In this document: positions 10,232 through 22,470 of the stretch, one piece after another
Position numbering within the stretch: the first letter of the stretch is position 1
How the letters are laid out: every line of letters starts with the position of its first letter
NCBI RefSeq assembly: GCF_009834535.1
Contig: NC_045697.1
Span: 46,936,001 to 47,000,000 of the forward strand
From: Camelus ferus
Taxonomy: Eukaryota
Direction of reading: 5' to 3'
Length of the DNA stretch: 64,000 nt
The notes under the pieces: model-generated
The model's input: only the letters and a program-made list of their open reading frames with translations
Told to the model about the DNA's origin: nothing
Databases searched by the model: none
Translations under genes and position numbers: made by a program

Positions 10232-12889
10232 GGTAACATAACAGCTTGCCTTAATAGAGAGCAAATTCTAGAGCCAATGAACTTCCCAAATAAAAAGATA
10301 AAAAATAAGTTCATAGGTTTTCAAGGGCTCTATAAACCTTAGAGGCAAATCCAAGTTACATTTAGGCAATAACCAAAAGTCGAAAGAGTCTATGTGTGGC
10401 GGTAAGATGAAATAGACACCTCATGATCACTACCAGGGGGAGAAAAGCACATCCAAGTCAATCAACCCAGGCTGTCTTAGTCTGCCTTCTGAATTTTACA
10501 GAAAAAAATTTCACCTCCGCAAAAAGGATTTTCCTCCAGTATCTCCAGTCCATTTAGAAGTGAGGTGAGGAAACGAATTCTACGTATTTTAAATGTCTCC
10601 CGGTATTTGAAAAGAAGAACATTTGGCAAAATCTGCTTCTCCGCCCTCCCCCAGCAGACTCACTTCAATTATGGATTCATTATCCAATTCTACACATAAT
10701 TCATAGTAGCTTTGGCATCACTGGAGAAGCATTCTAGCGTGTGTCAGCAGTGCTTCCTCCAAGTTCTGTGCAAAGGGAGAGTCGCAGGAAAAGCTGTACT
10801 TCTGTCTGAAGAGCCTTGCTCCCCTTGTCTCATGCCTCTCCATCCACCCAGGGCCTCCGTCTTCTTCGTTCAGGGAGCTTTTTCCCAAGCCTGCAGTTTA
10901 GGGGAGAGGGAGAGGGGGGAGGGGATTCTGGTGAACAGCTGGGGCCCATCACTTCTCATTGCAGGTCTTGGGGAGATGCGGTTGACAGAGTGATGCACAG
11001 AGCCTGTCCCAGTTAATGACTTCACCATTCTCCATCATTATCCCCATCATTAGAAAATTAGGAGGACAGAAGGTATTTACTGTAAACCTGCCACCTCCCA
11101 AGGAGAGATAAATAGAAACTGATAAATGGGCTCTTCTGGTGCTGTTCGTCTATTAACCTTCTGCTTCCCAGCTCCGGCATATGCATGCCATCCTGCCATT
11201 AATATCCAGTAATTGGCATGGCAGCAGGCAATACAATCATACCTTTACTGTGAGTGTTCCCTCCGTGCGGTGTGCCTACGCAAGCACACAATTACATTCA
11301 TAATGAAGCTTTGCTAAACAGGACGGTTAAAAGACATTAGGCAGTTGTTCCCCAGCCATAACACCAGCCTCCCACAGCCATTCAGAGCTTAACTCTTCAC
11401 TAGCCTGGGCACCGGCTGCCTGCCCTCACTAGTCTTTCTGCTCTCGTTGCATGCCAGCCGACCTGTTCCTTAAAGGAAGTCTCTTTGTTTTCGTTTCATT
11501 TTGTTTTTAACAGCTTCTCTTCCTTAACTCCATGTGCCTTGGGAGAAACAGCACAGCCAGCCTATGAATGATTTGGACCCACCTCCTCAGGTTGACTGCC
11601 TGGCATGAGGCAGGTTGGTGTTGCATCCATGTTGTGGCCAGTGGCGACCACCCAGGGGCAATGTCCTTCATTTGTCACCAGTTGAGAGCCAAGCTGCTAG
11701 GCAGTGTTTCCCAAGAAGATTTTGTGTTCTTTAGTGTTTTCCTAGGTGATAGGGGGAAGAAAGAATGTTCCTATTCAAATTTATTCCTTGTATGATAATT
11801 GAGCAGAAAGGAGGGTAATAAGTTTGGTGTCTGGTATTACGAAGACCGCATCCTCAGTGTTCATCTGCTCAAACTCTCAGAGATCTTGAAGGAGCATGAA
11901 TCCCAGGAGATCCTGAAAGAGTTTACAGAAAACTGAGGCCCACAAAGACAGCCACCTCATTCTGTTACCCATCTGCTCACACTGTGGTTGCGAAATGAAC
12001 ATTTGGTCTCTGCTTCCCTGACCTATTTCTTCCCAAGTTGCATTCCAGCATTTACTATGAAGACTTCACAAAAGTGACTGCAGTGGGCAGACTGTTTCAC
12101 AGGATGAAACATGAAAAGCAAAGATGAGTAATCTCTAAGAAACACACGGCAGATTCTATGAAATGAATAAAACTGGTCCTAAACATGGCCCTGAGGAGTG
12201 AAAAAAAAAAAAGAAAGAAAATAAAAGAAAAGATAGTTGCAAGAGGAGAGGTGAGGCTGGAGAAAGGTAATATCAGCAAAGAGATAAAAAGCAATAAAAA
12301 GACCAACGAGAAGATAATGGCATGACAATCTTATTACTGGTGTTCAGGAACCATAGCCTCTCTGTCAGAAGAACACCAGATCACCCATTTGAGAACTTCA
12401 TAAAACTAAATGATCAATAGATTATAGCTCTGGCCCTCCTTCCACACAGCATAAAACAAATAATAATATCGCCAATAAATATAACAAATAGGGCAATCTT
12501 TCCCGTTTCCTGCAGACCTCTCACAGAACATGCTACAGGATCTTTTCATTTCCTCTTCAGGATACTAAGCGGCTTGCCAGACTCCCAGTCAAGCACAGCC
12601 TCTCCAGCTGTCTTCCAAGCATCCACCTTTAAATACAGAATCTGGATATAGCTGGGCAGCCTTGCACTCATGGAAGATTTCATTCTGCAGAAATACCTGG
12701 GGGCAGAGCCTCAGTCAGTTGGCATTCTATGAGTGAAAACTCTCCCAGGGCTATTGCCAAGCACACACCTCTAGTACAATGATAAATAATGTTTGTCAGG
12801 ATGAGACGAAGACAGGTTAAGAGATTGATGTGAATCCTGCCTCTTCCTAGTGATTCCTGATTTTCATCTGCCTTTACATCTTTACAAAG

Positions 12890-13060
12890 CCCTTTTACAT
12901 TATCTCTTCTGATTCACAACAACGTCCAGGGCAGTCATCAAGAGATGATGTTGGGATCCCTATGATACAGCTATGGAAACTAAGACTCAAAAAGGGCAAG
13001 AAACTTTCCCAGGTCACATAGCCAAGACCAGAGTCTTCTTTCTTTTCAGCACCCACTGTA
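12890..13060 (-). mobile_element. MIR SINE
   Basis: MIR core ggaaactaagactcaaaagggcaagaactttcccaggtcacatagc. Confidence 0.75.
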
Positions 13061-13147
13061 TTGCCAGTTCCCGCAGGCACCATTCACACTGTGTTCTACA
13101 TGAACAGGCCCCCTGCAGGTGGGCAACACAGCTGCCCTAAAAATGCA

Positions 13148-13350
13148 GCATGATATAGTGGAAATAGGAAGGGCTTTGGAATCAAGGACCTGATTTTGCT
13201 ACTAACTGGCTGCATTACCCCAGATAATTTTTAAATTTCTGTGAATTTGAGTCTCCTCATCTGTGAAATTGGGTGATGATGATATCAATCCTTACAGCAT
13301 GCATACATTACATTAATATACAGCAAATTATGGAAAACACCTCCTAGAGC
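13148..13350 (+). mobile_element. MIR SINE
   Basis: gcatgatatagtggaaat...ggctttggaatcaagg...gtctcctcatctgtgaaattgggtgatgat. Confidence 0.75.
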
Positions 13351-13886
13351 ATTTCTTCCTCTGTCTTCCTCTCCTCTATTTACCACATTGTCCCTTTAGT
13401 CCAGGAAAATTTTAACGTAAATCTGTTATGCAATATTCTAGCGCTTTGGAAATCAGCAAACTATATACCATAATGGTGGCTCTCTCTTTAAGTGGAACAA
13501 AACTAACCAGAGTATTTCATCCCCATGCCATGCCAGATGAACATATACAAAAGTGTTACAGGCTCTGACAAAAGAATTAGTTAAAATCAAGGGATATTTT
13601 TGCACAGTATAAAATAAAAATACAATATAAAACATCTTACAATTCTTCTGCCATCCCCATCACAAGGAATTTCTCTCTAACTTTTCTTCTCTTTCATACT
13701 CACTTATCACCGTGAGAGAGGTAGGTCTCCTCTCTCAAGTGTATCCTTGCCATTTGTCTCTCCTCTTCCACATCAAGAGGTTTATCAACTCAAATTTCTA
13801 GCACTGACAGTTGACAATTCTAAGAAACTCAGTTTTTCATTAAGCAGAAGAACCATTTCGTTCTATGAGATTTTTTTAAAAAAATA

Positions 13887-14219
13887 TGTAAACAAAAACC
13901 TTAATTAAATAGACTTGGGAAGCCAGTAGGAGGCCCTCTCACACCCTGTGACAACAACCTAGCCCAAAAGGAAGAATAAAGACTCCTTTTCTTTCCTAGC
14001 AAGGACTAAGCCAAAGAAAAGCCATAGACTCTGTGTTTACCATAGTCCTCCCAACTTCCTTTTTCTCTCTATAAAAGTGTTCTCCTTCTCTTGCCAAATA
14101 CATACTTGCATGTGGTGCACACACCATGGTTGCAAACCACGAATTGCAATTCTCTGCTGATCTCAAATAAATCCATCTTTTCTGGGGAAATATCTTGCAG
14201 TCTTTGTTTCAGGTCAACA
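13887..14219 (+). mobile_element. ERV1-class solo LTR
   Basis: TGTA...CAACA termini, internal TATAAAA (~14070) and AATAAA (~14166). Confidence 0.7.
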
Positions 14220-14324
14220 GATTCAACCTTCACTTTTCACACCATGCTCAGGTTCTCCTCATTTAGGATTCTCATTTGGGCAAATTACCACCTTCCTCCA
14301 TCCACAAGCTTTTGGAAATAGAGT

Positions 14325-14570
14325 TGAAATAGAGTATAAGGGACTAAGGGCATTGATCCTGCATGCAGTTGAAAACCTGTGTGTAATTTATAGTTGGCCC
14401 TCCATATACACAGTTCCTCCATATATGCAGATCTTCCATATCTGTGGTTCCATATCTGCAGATTCAACTAAACAGGGATAATGTAACATTACAGTATTCA
14501 TTATCTTTTTTAAAATCCATGTATAAGTGGACCTACCCAGTTCAAATACGTGTTGTTCAAGGGTAAACTG
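14325..14570 (+). mobile_element. Tigger2/MER8-type TcMar MITE
   Basis: 3' end ataagtggacctacccagttcaaatacgtgttgttcaagggtaaactg followed by TA. Confidence 0.8.
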
Positions 14571-14609
14571 TATACAGGAGTAATTTCTAGTTATCAGAAT
14601 GACAGGGGC

Positions 14610-16447
14610 CAAGCCTCACCAAGATGGCAGGATACAAGTTCAATATATAAAAATCAATTGTATTTCTACATACTAGTAATAAACATTCTGAAAATGAAAA
14701 AAGGAAAACAATTCCACTTATGATAGGATCAAAAAGAGTAAAATACATAGGAATAAATTTAGCAAAGAAAGTGTTAAGACACATACTAAAAAAATACAAA
14801 ACATCACTGAAGGAAATTAAAGAACTAAGTAAAAGGGAAGATGTTGCATGTTCATGGACTGAAAGACAGTATTGTTAAGATAAAAACACTCCTCAACCTG
14901 ATATACAGATTCAGTGCAATCCCTAACAACATCCCCACCTCATGTTTTGCAGACATGGGCATGCTGATCCTAACATTCATATGGAAATGCAAGAAACCCA
15001 GAACAGCCAAAATAACCTTTAAAAAAACAAATTTGAAAGATTCATGCTTCCTGATTTTAAAACTTACTATAAAGCCACAGTAATCAAGACAATCTGCTAC
15101 TGGCATAATGATAGTCATACAGGTCAATAGAATAGAATTTATATCCAGGCATAACTCCCTAAATTTAAGGTTGATAGATTTTTAGCAAGGGTGTCAGGGC
15201 CACTCAGTAAGAAATAATAGTCTTTTCAAAATGATGATGGGACAACTGGATAACTGCATGCAAAAGAATGAATTTAGAGCCCTACCTCACAACATATAAA
15301 AAAGTAAAACAAACCAAAAAAAACTCTCAAATGGATCATAGAACTAAATGTAAGAGCTAAAAGTATAAAATTCTTAGAAGAAAACAGAAGAGCAAATCTT
15401 TGAAACCTTGAATTAAACAATTATTTTTTAGATATGACACCAAATACTCAAGCAAAAAATATATAAATCAAACTTCATCAAAATTAAAAACTTTTCTACT
15501 TCATGGACACCATCAAGAAAGTGTCTTTGATAAATCTCACAGAGTAGGGGAAAATATTTGCAGATTATATATCTAATAAATGGGCTTGTAGCCATAATAT
15601 ATAAAGAACTCATACAGTTCAATAGTAAAAAAAAAATTAACCCAATTAAGAGATCAGTAAAAGATTTGAATTGACATTTCTTCAAAGAATATATACAAAC
15701 AGCCAATAAGCTCATGAAAAGATGTTCAAAATCATTAGTCATTAGGAAAATACAAATCAAATCTACAATTAGATACTACTTTACACCCACTAAGATGGTT
15801 TTAATAGAAAAAAATAAGTTAAAACAAGTGTTGGTGGGGATGTGGAGAAACTGGAACCACATACATTGCTAATGGTGTGAAATGATGCAGCCACCATAGA
15901 AAACAGTATGATAGCTTCTCAAAGAGTTGAACATAGAGTTACCACATGACCCAGTAATTCCATTCCTAAGTATATACCTTAGAGAACTGAAAACATATGT
16001 CCCCATAAAATCTGTACACAGATACTCACAGCATTATTCCTAATAGCTAAAAGTGGAAACTACCCAAATATCCATCAATTGACAAATGAATAAACAAAAT
16101 GTGCTATATTCATACAATGGGATAATATCTGGCAATAAAAAGAACGGAGTACTGATATATGCTGCAACATGGATAAACCTTGAAAACATGCTAAGTGAAA
16201 GAAGTCATAAATGTCACATATTATATGGTTACATTTATATGAAATGTCCAGAAAAGGCAAATCTAAAGAGATAGCAGATTAATGGATTCTAGGGAAGGGA
16301 AGGAGAAGGAATGGGAGTGATGAAAATATTCTGGAAATAGATAGTGGTGATGGTTGCACAACTTTGTGAATATACCAAAACACACTGAATTGTGCACTTT
16401 AAATGGGTGACGTTTATAGTATGTGAATTATATCTCAATAAAGCTGT
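14610..16447 (+). mobile_element. 5'-truncated old LINE-1 (L1MB-like), ORF2 C-terminal half and 3'UTR
   Basis: ORF2 remnants (LIYRFSAIP...FIWKCKKPRTAK); ends tatgtgaattatatctcaataaagctg. Confidence 0.9.
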
Positions 16448-16772
16448 TTTTTTTAATGATACAAACCTACTACTGGCAATTTAGGTAGGGACCAAGAATG
16501 CTAGACATTCTGAAATATCATGAGAGTCCTGTTCAAAAGATATTTTTAAAGGAAACACTATTGGTATTTATTTCTGAGCCATTTATTTTAGAGCTAAATC
16601 CTGCTGTTTTACTTACCTCATTATCATAATCAGTGAAATCAGTGTTCCATGGTATAAAAGGCACAAATTAAGAAATCAAAAAATGTGGATATTAATCTGA
16701 GTTCAACTCCCAGAAGCTCAGGCAAGTTATTTCACTCCCCTAGGCCCCTTTCATCGCCTAACAGATGAAGAA

Positions 16773-17193
16773 TGTGATGGTTAATTTAATCTGTCAGGTT
16801 GCCTTGGCCATGGTGCCCAGTTGTATGGTCAAACGTTATTCTAGCTATTTCTGTGAGGATGTTTTGAATGAGATCAACATTTAAATAAGTAAACTTTGAG
16901 TAAAACAGATTGTCCTTCATAATTTGGGTGGACCTCATCCAATCATCTGAAGGCCTGAATTGAACAAAAGACTGACATTCCCAAGCAGGAGGGAATTCTG
17001 CCAGCAGGCGTCCTTTGAACTTGAATGTAGCATCAGCTCTTTTTGGGTCTCCAGCCTGCCAGCCCACTCTGCAGATTTTGGACCATTCTCCATAATCACA
17101 TGGGCCAATTTCTTCAAATAAATCTCTTTATACACACACACACACACACACACACCCCTTATTGGTTTTGTTTCTCTGGAGAACTCTAACACC
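16773..17193 (+). mobile_element. MLT2-family solo LTR inserted in a MIR remnant
   Basis: tgtgatggttaatttaatctgtc...attggttttgtttctctggagaac; internal (CA)n; similar to 81-498. Confidence 0.85.
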
Positions 17194-18596
17194 AAAAATA
17201 TGCCGTAAAGGTCTAAGAGATCTTTAATCTCCAGCAATATCAGCATTCAATACCATATGGGTTTTGAAAGCTGCAGGTGCTTCCAGAGCACTCTGGAAGT
17301 TCCAACTGACATTATCAATTCCACAGAGAAAAGACAGTCATTTAGTAAGTGTCTTCAGAAGTAATACTTTAGTTAACTCGCTTGCCTTATAACTGTCCTC
17401 TAAAGTCGAAAGTGGAATATAATGGTCCTTCAAAGTCTTGAGATCTGAATACAAAAGCATATATTCATATGGGGTAAGGATAGCCAGATGTAAAATTTAG
17501 GTGTATTTGGTGTTTATTTTTATTTTTGGTACCACTGGCCCCCTTGTTTTTTAGCATGCTTTGCATATTTTAATGGCAGAGATTTAGGCCCTGAGGCAAA
17601 AGAGTGAATGTGACATTTGGGGAAATAGGATCAACTCAGAAACACCTGACAGAATAGCATGTACACAAATATTTACTTTGCCCATGATTAAAACAAGTCC
17701 AAACACCGTTATAGAAGCTGATGTCATCAGTCTTCATTAATCATAAACACTAAATTCTCATTTTTTAAATATAGTCAATTCTATGTTATTCTGTGGTTAT
17801 CCAGATGTATATTGTTCAAAGCTTTACCTGGCAACATGAGTTTTTGCCATTTAACAGCTCATTTGTACCTCCACCAGCTTTGTGACACTCATTACTATCT
17901 CTGGCAAAAGATTTGGTGAAAGAGGCAGTTGATGCAAATGAGATTTTTAGATTTTCCACACTCTCCCTTTCTACTATGACCATGGATAATCAAGAATTGA
18001 TTGTGCAAACGTCAGAGAATGCAGTTAGGCATTAGCTAAGGAGAGCTTCACACATAAAATCACCAAGAATGCCCTAAAGGGTGTATGAAGTAAGGAGGAG
18101 TAACTATGAAATAAGTTGATATTTTCCTGTTAATGTTATCTGATGCCTTCTGAGAAGTCTTAAGAGAAATGATTACAAAATTTATCACAGTAATTCATCA
18201 ACCCATTTTACAGTAGGGGAACACATACATTGAGTTGCTTTACCTAACGCATATACGGTGATTTGGTGGAGCTGTCAGGAATCATTCCATTCAAAAAGTG
18301 TGTAATTAAACTCTGCTAAGTTCCAGATATAGCTCCAGGTAGGCACTGAGGATACAAAGACGGTACGACATAGCTGCTGCTTACATTTTAGTGGAGAGAC
18401 AAGTAAGTAAGTAAACTATTTCCGTTTAACTTGGCTAATTCTATGATCAGGAAATCCCCAGAGTGCCAGGACATGTGAGAGGGAACTTTATCCGAGTCTG
18501 GCAAATCAGAGAAGTCACTTTGTAGGAAGTGATACCTAAGTTAAGTTGTAAGGGATGATTAGTAGTTGGTTAAAAAAAGGGGGAAAGGTAATTTTA

Positions 18597-19057
18597 TTTA
18601 ATTTATTTTTTATTGAGGTATTGTTGAGTTACAATATATTGTGTTAGTTGCAGGTATACAGCAAAGTAATTCAGTTATATACATTTCAGATTGTTTTTCA
18701 TTATAGGATACTACAAGATATTAAATATAGTTCTGTGTGCTATACAGTGCTTATCTAGTTTATGTACAGTAGTTTGTATCTATTAATCCCATACTCCTAA
18801 TTTACCCCTCCCTCATCCCCCTTTTCTCCTTTGGTAACCATAAGTTTGTTTTCTATGTCTGTGAAAATATTTCTGTTTTATATACAGATTTATTTGTCCT
18901 ATTTTTCAGATTCCACATATAAGTGATAATCATATTTGTGTTTCTCTGTCTGACTTCACTTAGTTTGATATTCTCTAGGTCCACTCATATTGCTTCAAAT
19001 GGCAATATTTCATTCTTTGTTATGGCCATAACATACATACATATATATATATGTATG

Positions 19058-19147
<90 letters not shown>

Positions 19148-21669
19148 ACACACACCATATCTCCTTAAACCAATCATCTGATGATAGGCACTTGGGTTGT
19201 TTCCATTTCTTGGCTATTGTAAATAGTCCTGCTATGAACATTGGGGTGCATGTGACTTTCTGAATTAGAGTTTTCATCTTTTCTGGATGTATGCCTAGAA
19301 GTGGGGTTGCTGCGTCATATAGTAGCTCTATTTTAGTTTTTTAGAAAAGGAACCTCCATACTGTTTTCCATAGTGGCTATACAAATTTAGATTCCTATTA
19401 ACAGCACACTAGAGTTCCCTTTTCTCTATATCCTTGCCAAAATTTATCATTTGTAGATTTTTTGATGATAGCCATTCTGTCTGGTGTGAGGTGGTATCTC
19501 ATTGTGGTTTTGATTTGCATCTCTCTAATACTTAGCTATATTGAGAGCATCTTCCCATGTGCCTGTTGGCCATCTGTGTGTCTTCTTTGAAGAGGTATCT
19601 CTTTAGGTCTTTTGCTCAATTTTCTGATAGGGTCGTTTGGATTTTTTTTTTTTTTGTGTGATATTGAGTTATACAAGCTGTTTGTATATTTTGGTTATTA
19701 ACTCCTGTTTGTCGTGTCATTTGCAAATATTTTTTTCCATTCTGTAGATTGTGTTTTTGTTTTGTTGGTTTCCTTTGCTGTTCAAAAGCTAGTAAGTTTG
19801 ATTAGGTCCCATTTGTTTAATTTTGCTTTTATTTATTTTGCTTTGGGAGGCTGGTCTAGGAAAATGTTGCTAAAATTTATCTCAGAGAATGTTTTGCCTA
19901 TGTTCTCTTCTAGGAGTTTTATGGTCTCTTGTCTTATATTAAGGTATTTAAACTATTTTGAGTTTTTTTTTTTTGTATGGTGTGAGGGAGTGTTCTAATT
20001 TCATTGATTTACATGTAGCTGTCCATGTTTCCCAAAACCACTTGTTGAAGAGACTGTTTTTTCCCCATTGTACATTCTTGTCTCCTCTGTCAAAATTAAA
20101 TGACCGTAGGTCTGTGGATTTATTTCTATTCCATTGATCTATTCCATTCCATTGATCTATATGTCAGTTTTTGTGCTAGGCTCATGCTGTTTTGATTACT
20201 GTAGCTTTGTCATATCATCTGAAGCCTGGGAGGGTAATGCCTCTAGCTTTGTTCTTTTTCCTTAGGACTGCTTTGGCAATCTTCTGTGGTTCCATATAAA
20301 TTTTAGGATTATCTGTTCCAGTTCTGTGAAAAATATGGGTAATTTGATAGGAATTGCAATAAATCTGTAGATTGCTTTAAATAGTATGCCATTTTAACAA
20401 TATTAATTCTTCCAAGAGCATGGGATAGCTTTCCACTTCTTTGAGTTTGCTGTAAGTAGATTTTACTATGTTGAAATATGTTTCCCCTATATCCATTTTG
20501 GTGAGAATTTTTATCATGAATTTTATCAAATTTTTTTCCTGTGTCTATTGAGATCATCACATGGTTTTTGTCTTTTCTTTTGTTAATGTGGTGTATCACA
20601 TTGTTTAATTTGCATATGTTGAAATTTCCTTGTGACCCTGGAATAAATCCAGCTTGCTCATGGTATATGATTCTTTTTATGTATTACTGGATTCAGTTTG
20701 CTAATATTTCATTGAGGAATGTTGCATCTATATTCATCAAAAACATTGGCTTGTAATTTTCTTTTTTTGTAGTGTCTTTGTCTGGTTTTGGGTGATGAGG
20801 GCTTCACTGAATTAATTTGGGAGGGTTCCCTCCTCTTGTCTTTTGGAACAGTTTAAAGAGCATAGGCATAAGTTCTTCTTTGTATGTTTGGTAGAATTCT
20901 CCCATGAAAGGAAATGGTCCTTTTTTTTTTTTTTTTTTTTTTGCAGGTTTTGTTTTCATTGGTGTTTGTCTTGAGGTATTTTCTGATTTTCTCTTTTATT
21001 TCATCACTGACACTTTTTTTTTAGTAACATATTATTTAGTCTCCATGTGATCATCTTTTACCTGTTTTCCTTTCTGTGGTTGATTTTTAATTTCATACTA
21101 TTGTGGTCAGAACAGATGCTTGAAATAATTTCTACCCTCTTAAATTTCTTGAGGCTTGTTTTGTGTCATAGAATGTGGTCTATCCTAGAGAATGTTCCAC
21201 ATATGCTTGAAAAGAATTTGTATTCTGATTCTTTTGGATGTAGTGTCCTGTAGATACCAATTAAGTTCAGTGGTTCTACTATGTCATTTAGGATCTCTGT
21301 TGCCTTATTGATTTTTTCATCTGGAAGATATGTCCTTTGAAGTCAGTGGGATGTGAAAGTCTCCTACTACAATTGTATGCCTGTCAATTTCTCTTTTTAT
21401 GTTGGCTAGTATCTGTTTTACATAGTTAACTGCTCCTATATTGGGTAAATATATGTTAAGGAGTGTCATATCCTTTTCTGGTACTGATCCTTTTATCATT
21501 ATATAGTGTCTTTCTTTGTCTTTCTTTATGGACTTTGTTTTGAAGTCCATTTTGTCTGAGATGAGTATTGCTATCCCTGCTTTACTGCCATTTCCATTTG
21601 CATGAAACATCTTTTTCATCTCTTCACTTTCAACCTATGTGTGTCTTTCACCCTAAAGCGAGTCTCAGA
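18597..21669 (-). mobile_element. LINE-1 with TSD and two internal ORF2 deletions
   Basis: Endonuclease-domain ORF 21317-21619 (HANGNGSKAGIAILISDK...VGDFH), RT pieces ([18 protein letters not shown]), 3'UTR and T-tail at ~18600; TSD gaaaggtaatttta (18583-18596) / gaaaggtactttta (21670-21683). Confidence 0.92.
19030..19156. repeat. Compound (TA)n(CA)n microsatellite within L1
   Basis: Directly visible; about 85 bp of nearly perfect CA. Confidence 0.97.
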
Positions 21670-22371
21670 GAAAGGTACTTTTAGACAGAAATAAGAACAT
21701 GGACAAAAACATGAAGGATTAGGAGAACCTGACAAGTATAAGCAGCTCCATAATCTGGATACTAAAGTGTGAATGATGTAGAATCAGGCAATGAGAAAGG
21801 AGACATTAAACCAGTCATGGAATTACCTCAATTACCTTTGTTAAGAAGATTGAGCTGCATCCAATAAATGATGAGAAGCCATTGAAGAATTTTAACTATG
21901 AATAATGTGGCTGCATTCGTGTTTCAAATATATCATTCCAGATAGATAGAGTGAGTGGGTTTGAACAGTAGGGAAGATGATATGAACAAGGGAAAGCTGT
22001 TGAAAGTATTAAGATGAGAAGCTCTTAGCTAAATAAAAGGAAGTTCAAGTGAGGAGAAAGGGAGAGACTCAAACATTTATAAGACAAATTGTCAGGATTT
22101 CTAAATACTTGGTTATAGTAGGAGAGGCAAAGGAAAGACTATAATTGCTTCTAGGATTCTAGGCAGGAAACAGATCAAGAAACAAGCGAAGGAGACTTGG
22201 TGGGTAATGAGTTCAGTACTGGCAATGTTGAGACCATCCAAGGAGAGAGAACAAACCTGCATTTTCATATTCAAGTGAAATTCAGGTTAATGATGATATA
22301 CATATGGGAATTATCAGCATAGTAGATCAGAGTATGAGAGTGAATGAACTACTCAAAGAGACAGCATAAAA

Positions 22372-22470
22372 CATTGGTTCTCAACTCTGGCTGCATATTA
22401 GAAGCAATTGAAAAGATGCTTATGCCCAAGCATACGACAGACCACTGAAATCAGAATTCATAGAGGTGTA
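22372..22470. mobile_element. MER5A-like hAT-Charlie fragment
   Basis: cattggttctcaactctggctgcatattagaagc...aaatcagaattc. Confidence 0.6.

Larger units (their letters stand above)
18280..22360 (-). mobile_element. L2 element split by the L1 at 18597-21669
   Basis: L2 3' end (attccattcaaaaagtg...ggcactgaggatacaaag) at left; purine-rich L2 body resumes after 21683. Confidence 0.65.

Noticed and set aside
11805..11940. Protein-looking frame EGNKFGVWYYEDRILSVHLLKLSEILKEHESQEILKEFTEN*
   Set aside because: No start codon or clear acceptor, and it ends in a MIR-like core (gaaaactgaggccc); likely a SINE remnant.
81..17193. MLT2 copies at 81-498 and 16773-17193 as the two LTRs of one provirus
   Set aside because: The first copy has its own perfect TSD, the copies are diverged, and the intervening DNA is not a continuous ERV body.
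17932..17939. Octamer ATGCAAAT and similar isolated 8-mers
   Set aside because: Expected by chance several times in 64 kb of AT-rich DNA.
18923..19277. His/Thr and Cys/Val repeat ORFs
   Set aside because: Translations of the (CA)n microsatellite.
21317..21619. Intact-looking endonuclease ORF as a domesticated gene
   Set aside because: Partial L1 EN domain in a 5'-truncated, deleted element, terminated by a premature stop.
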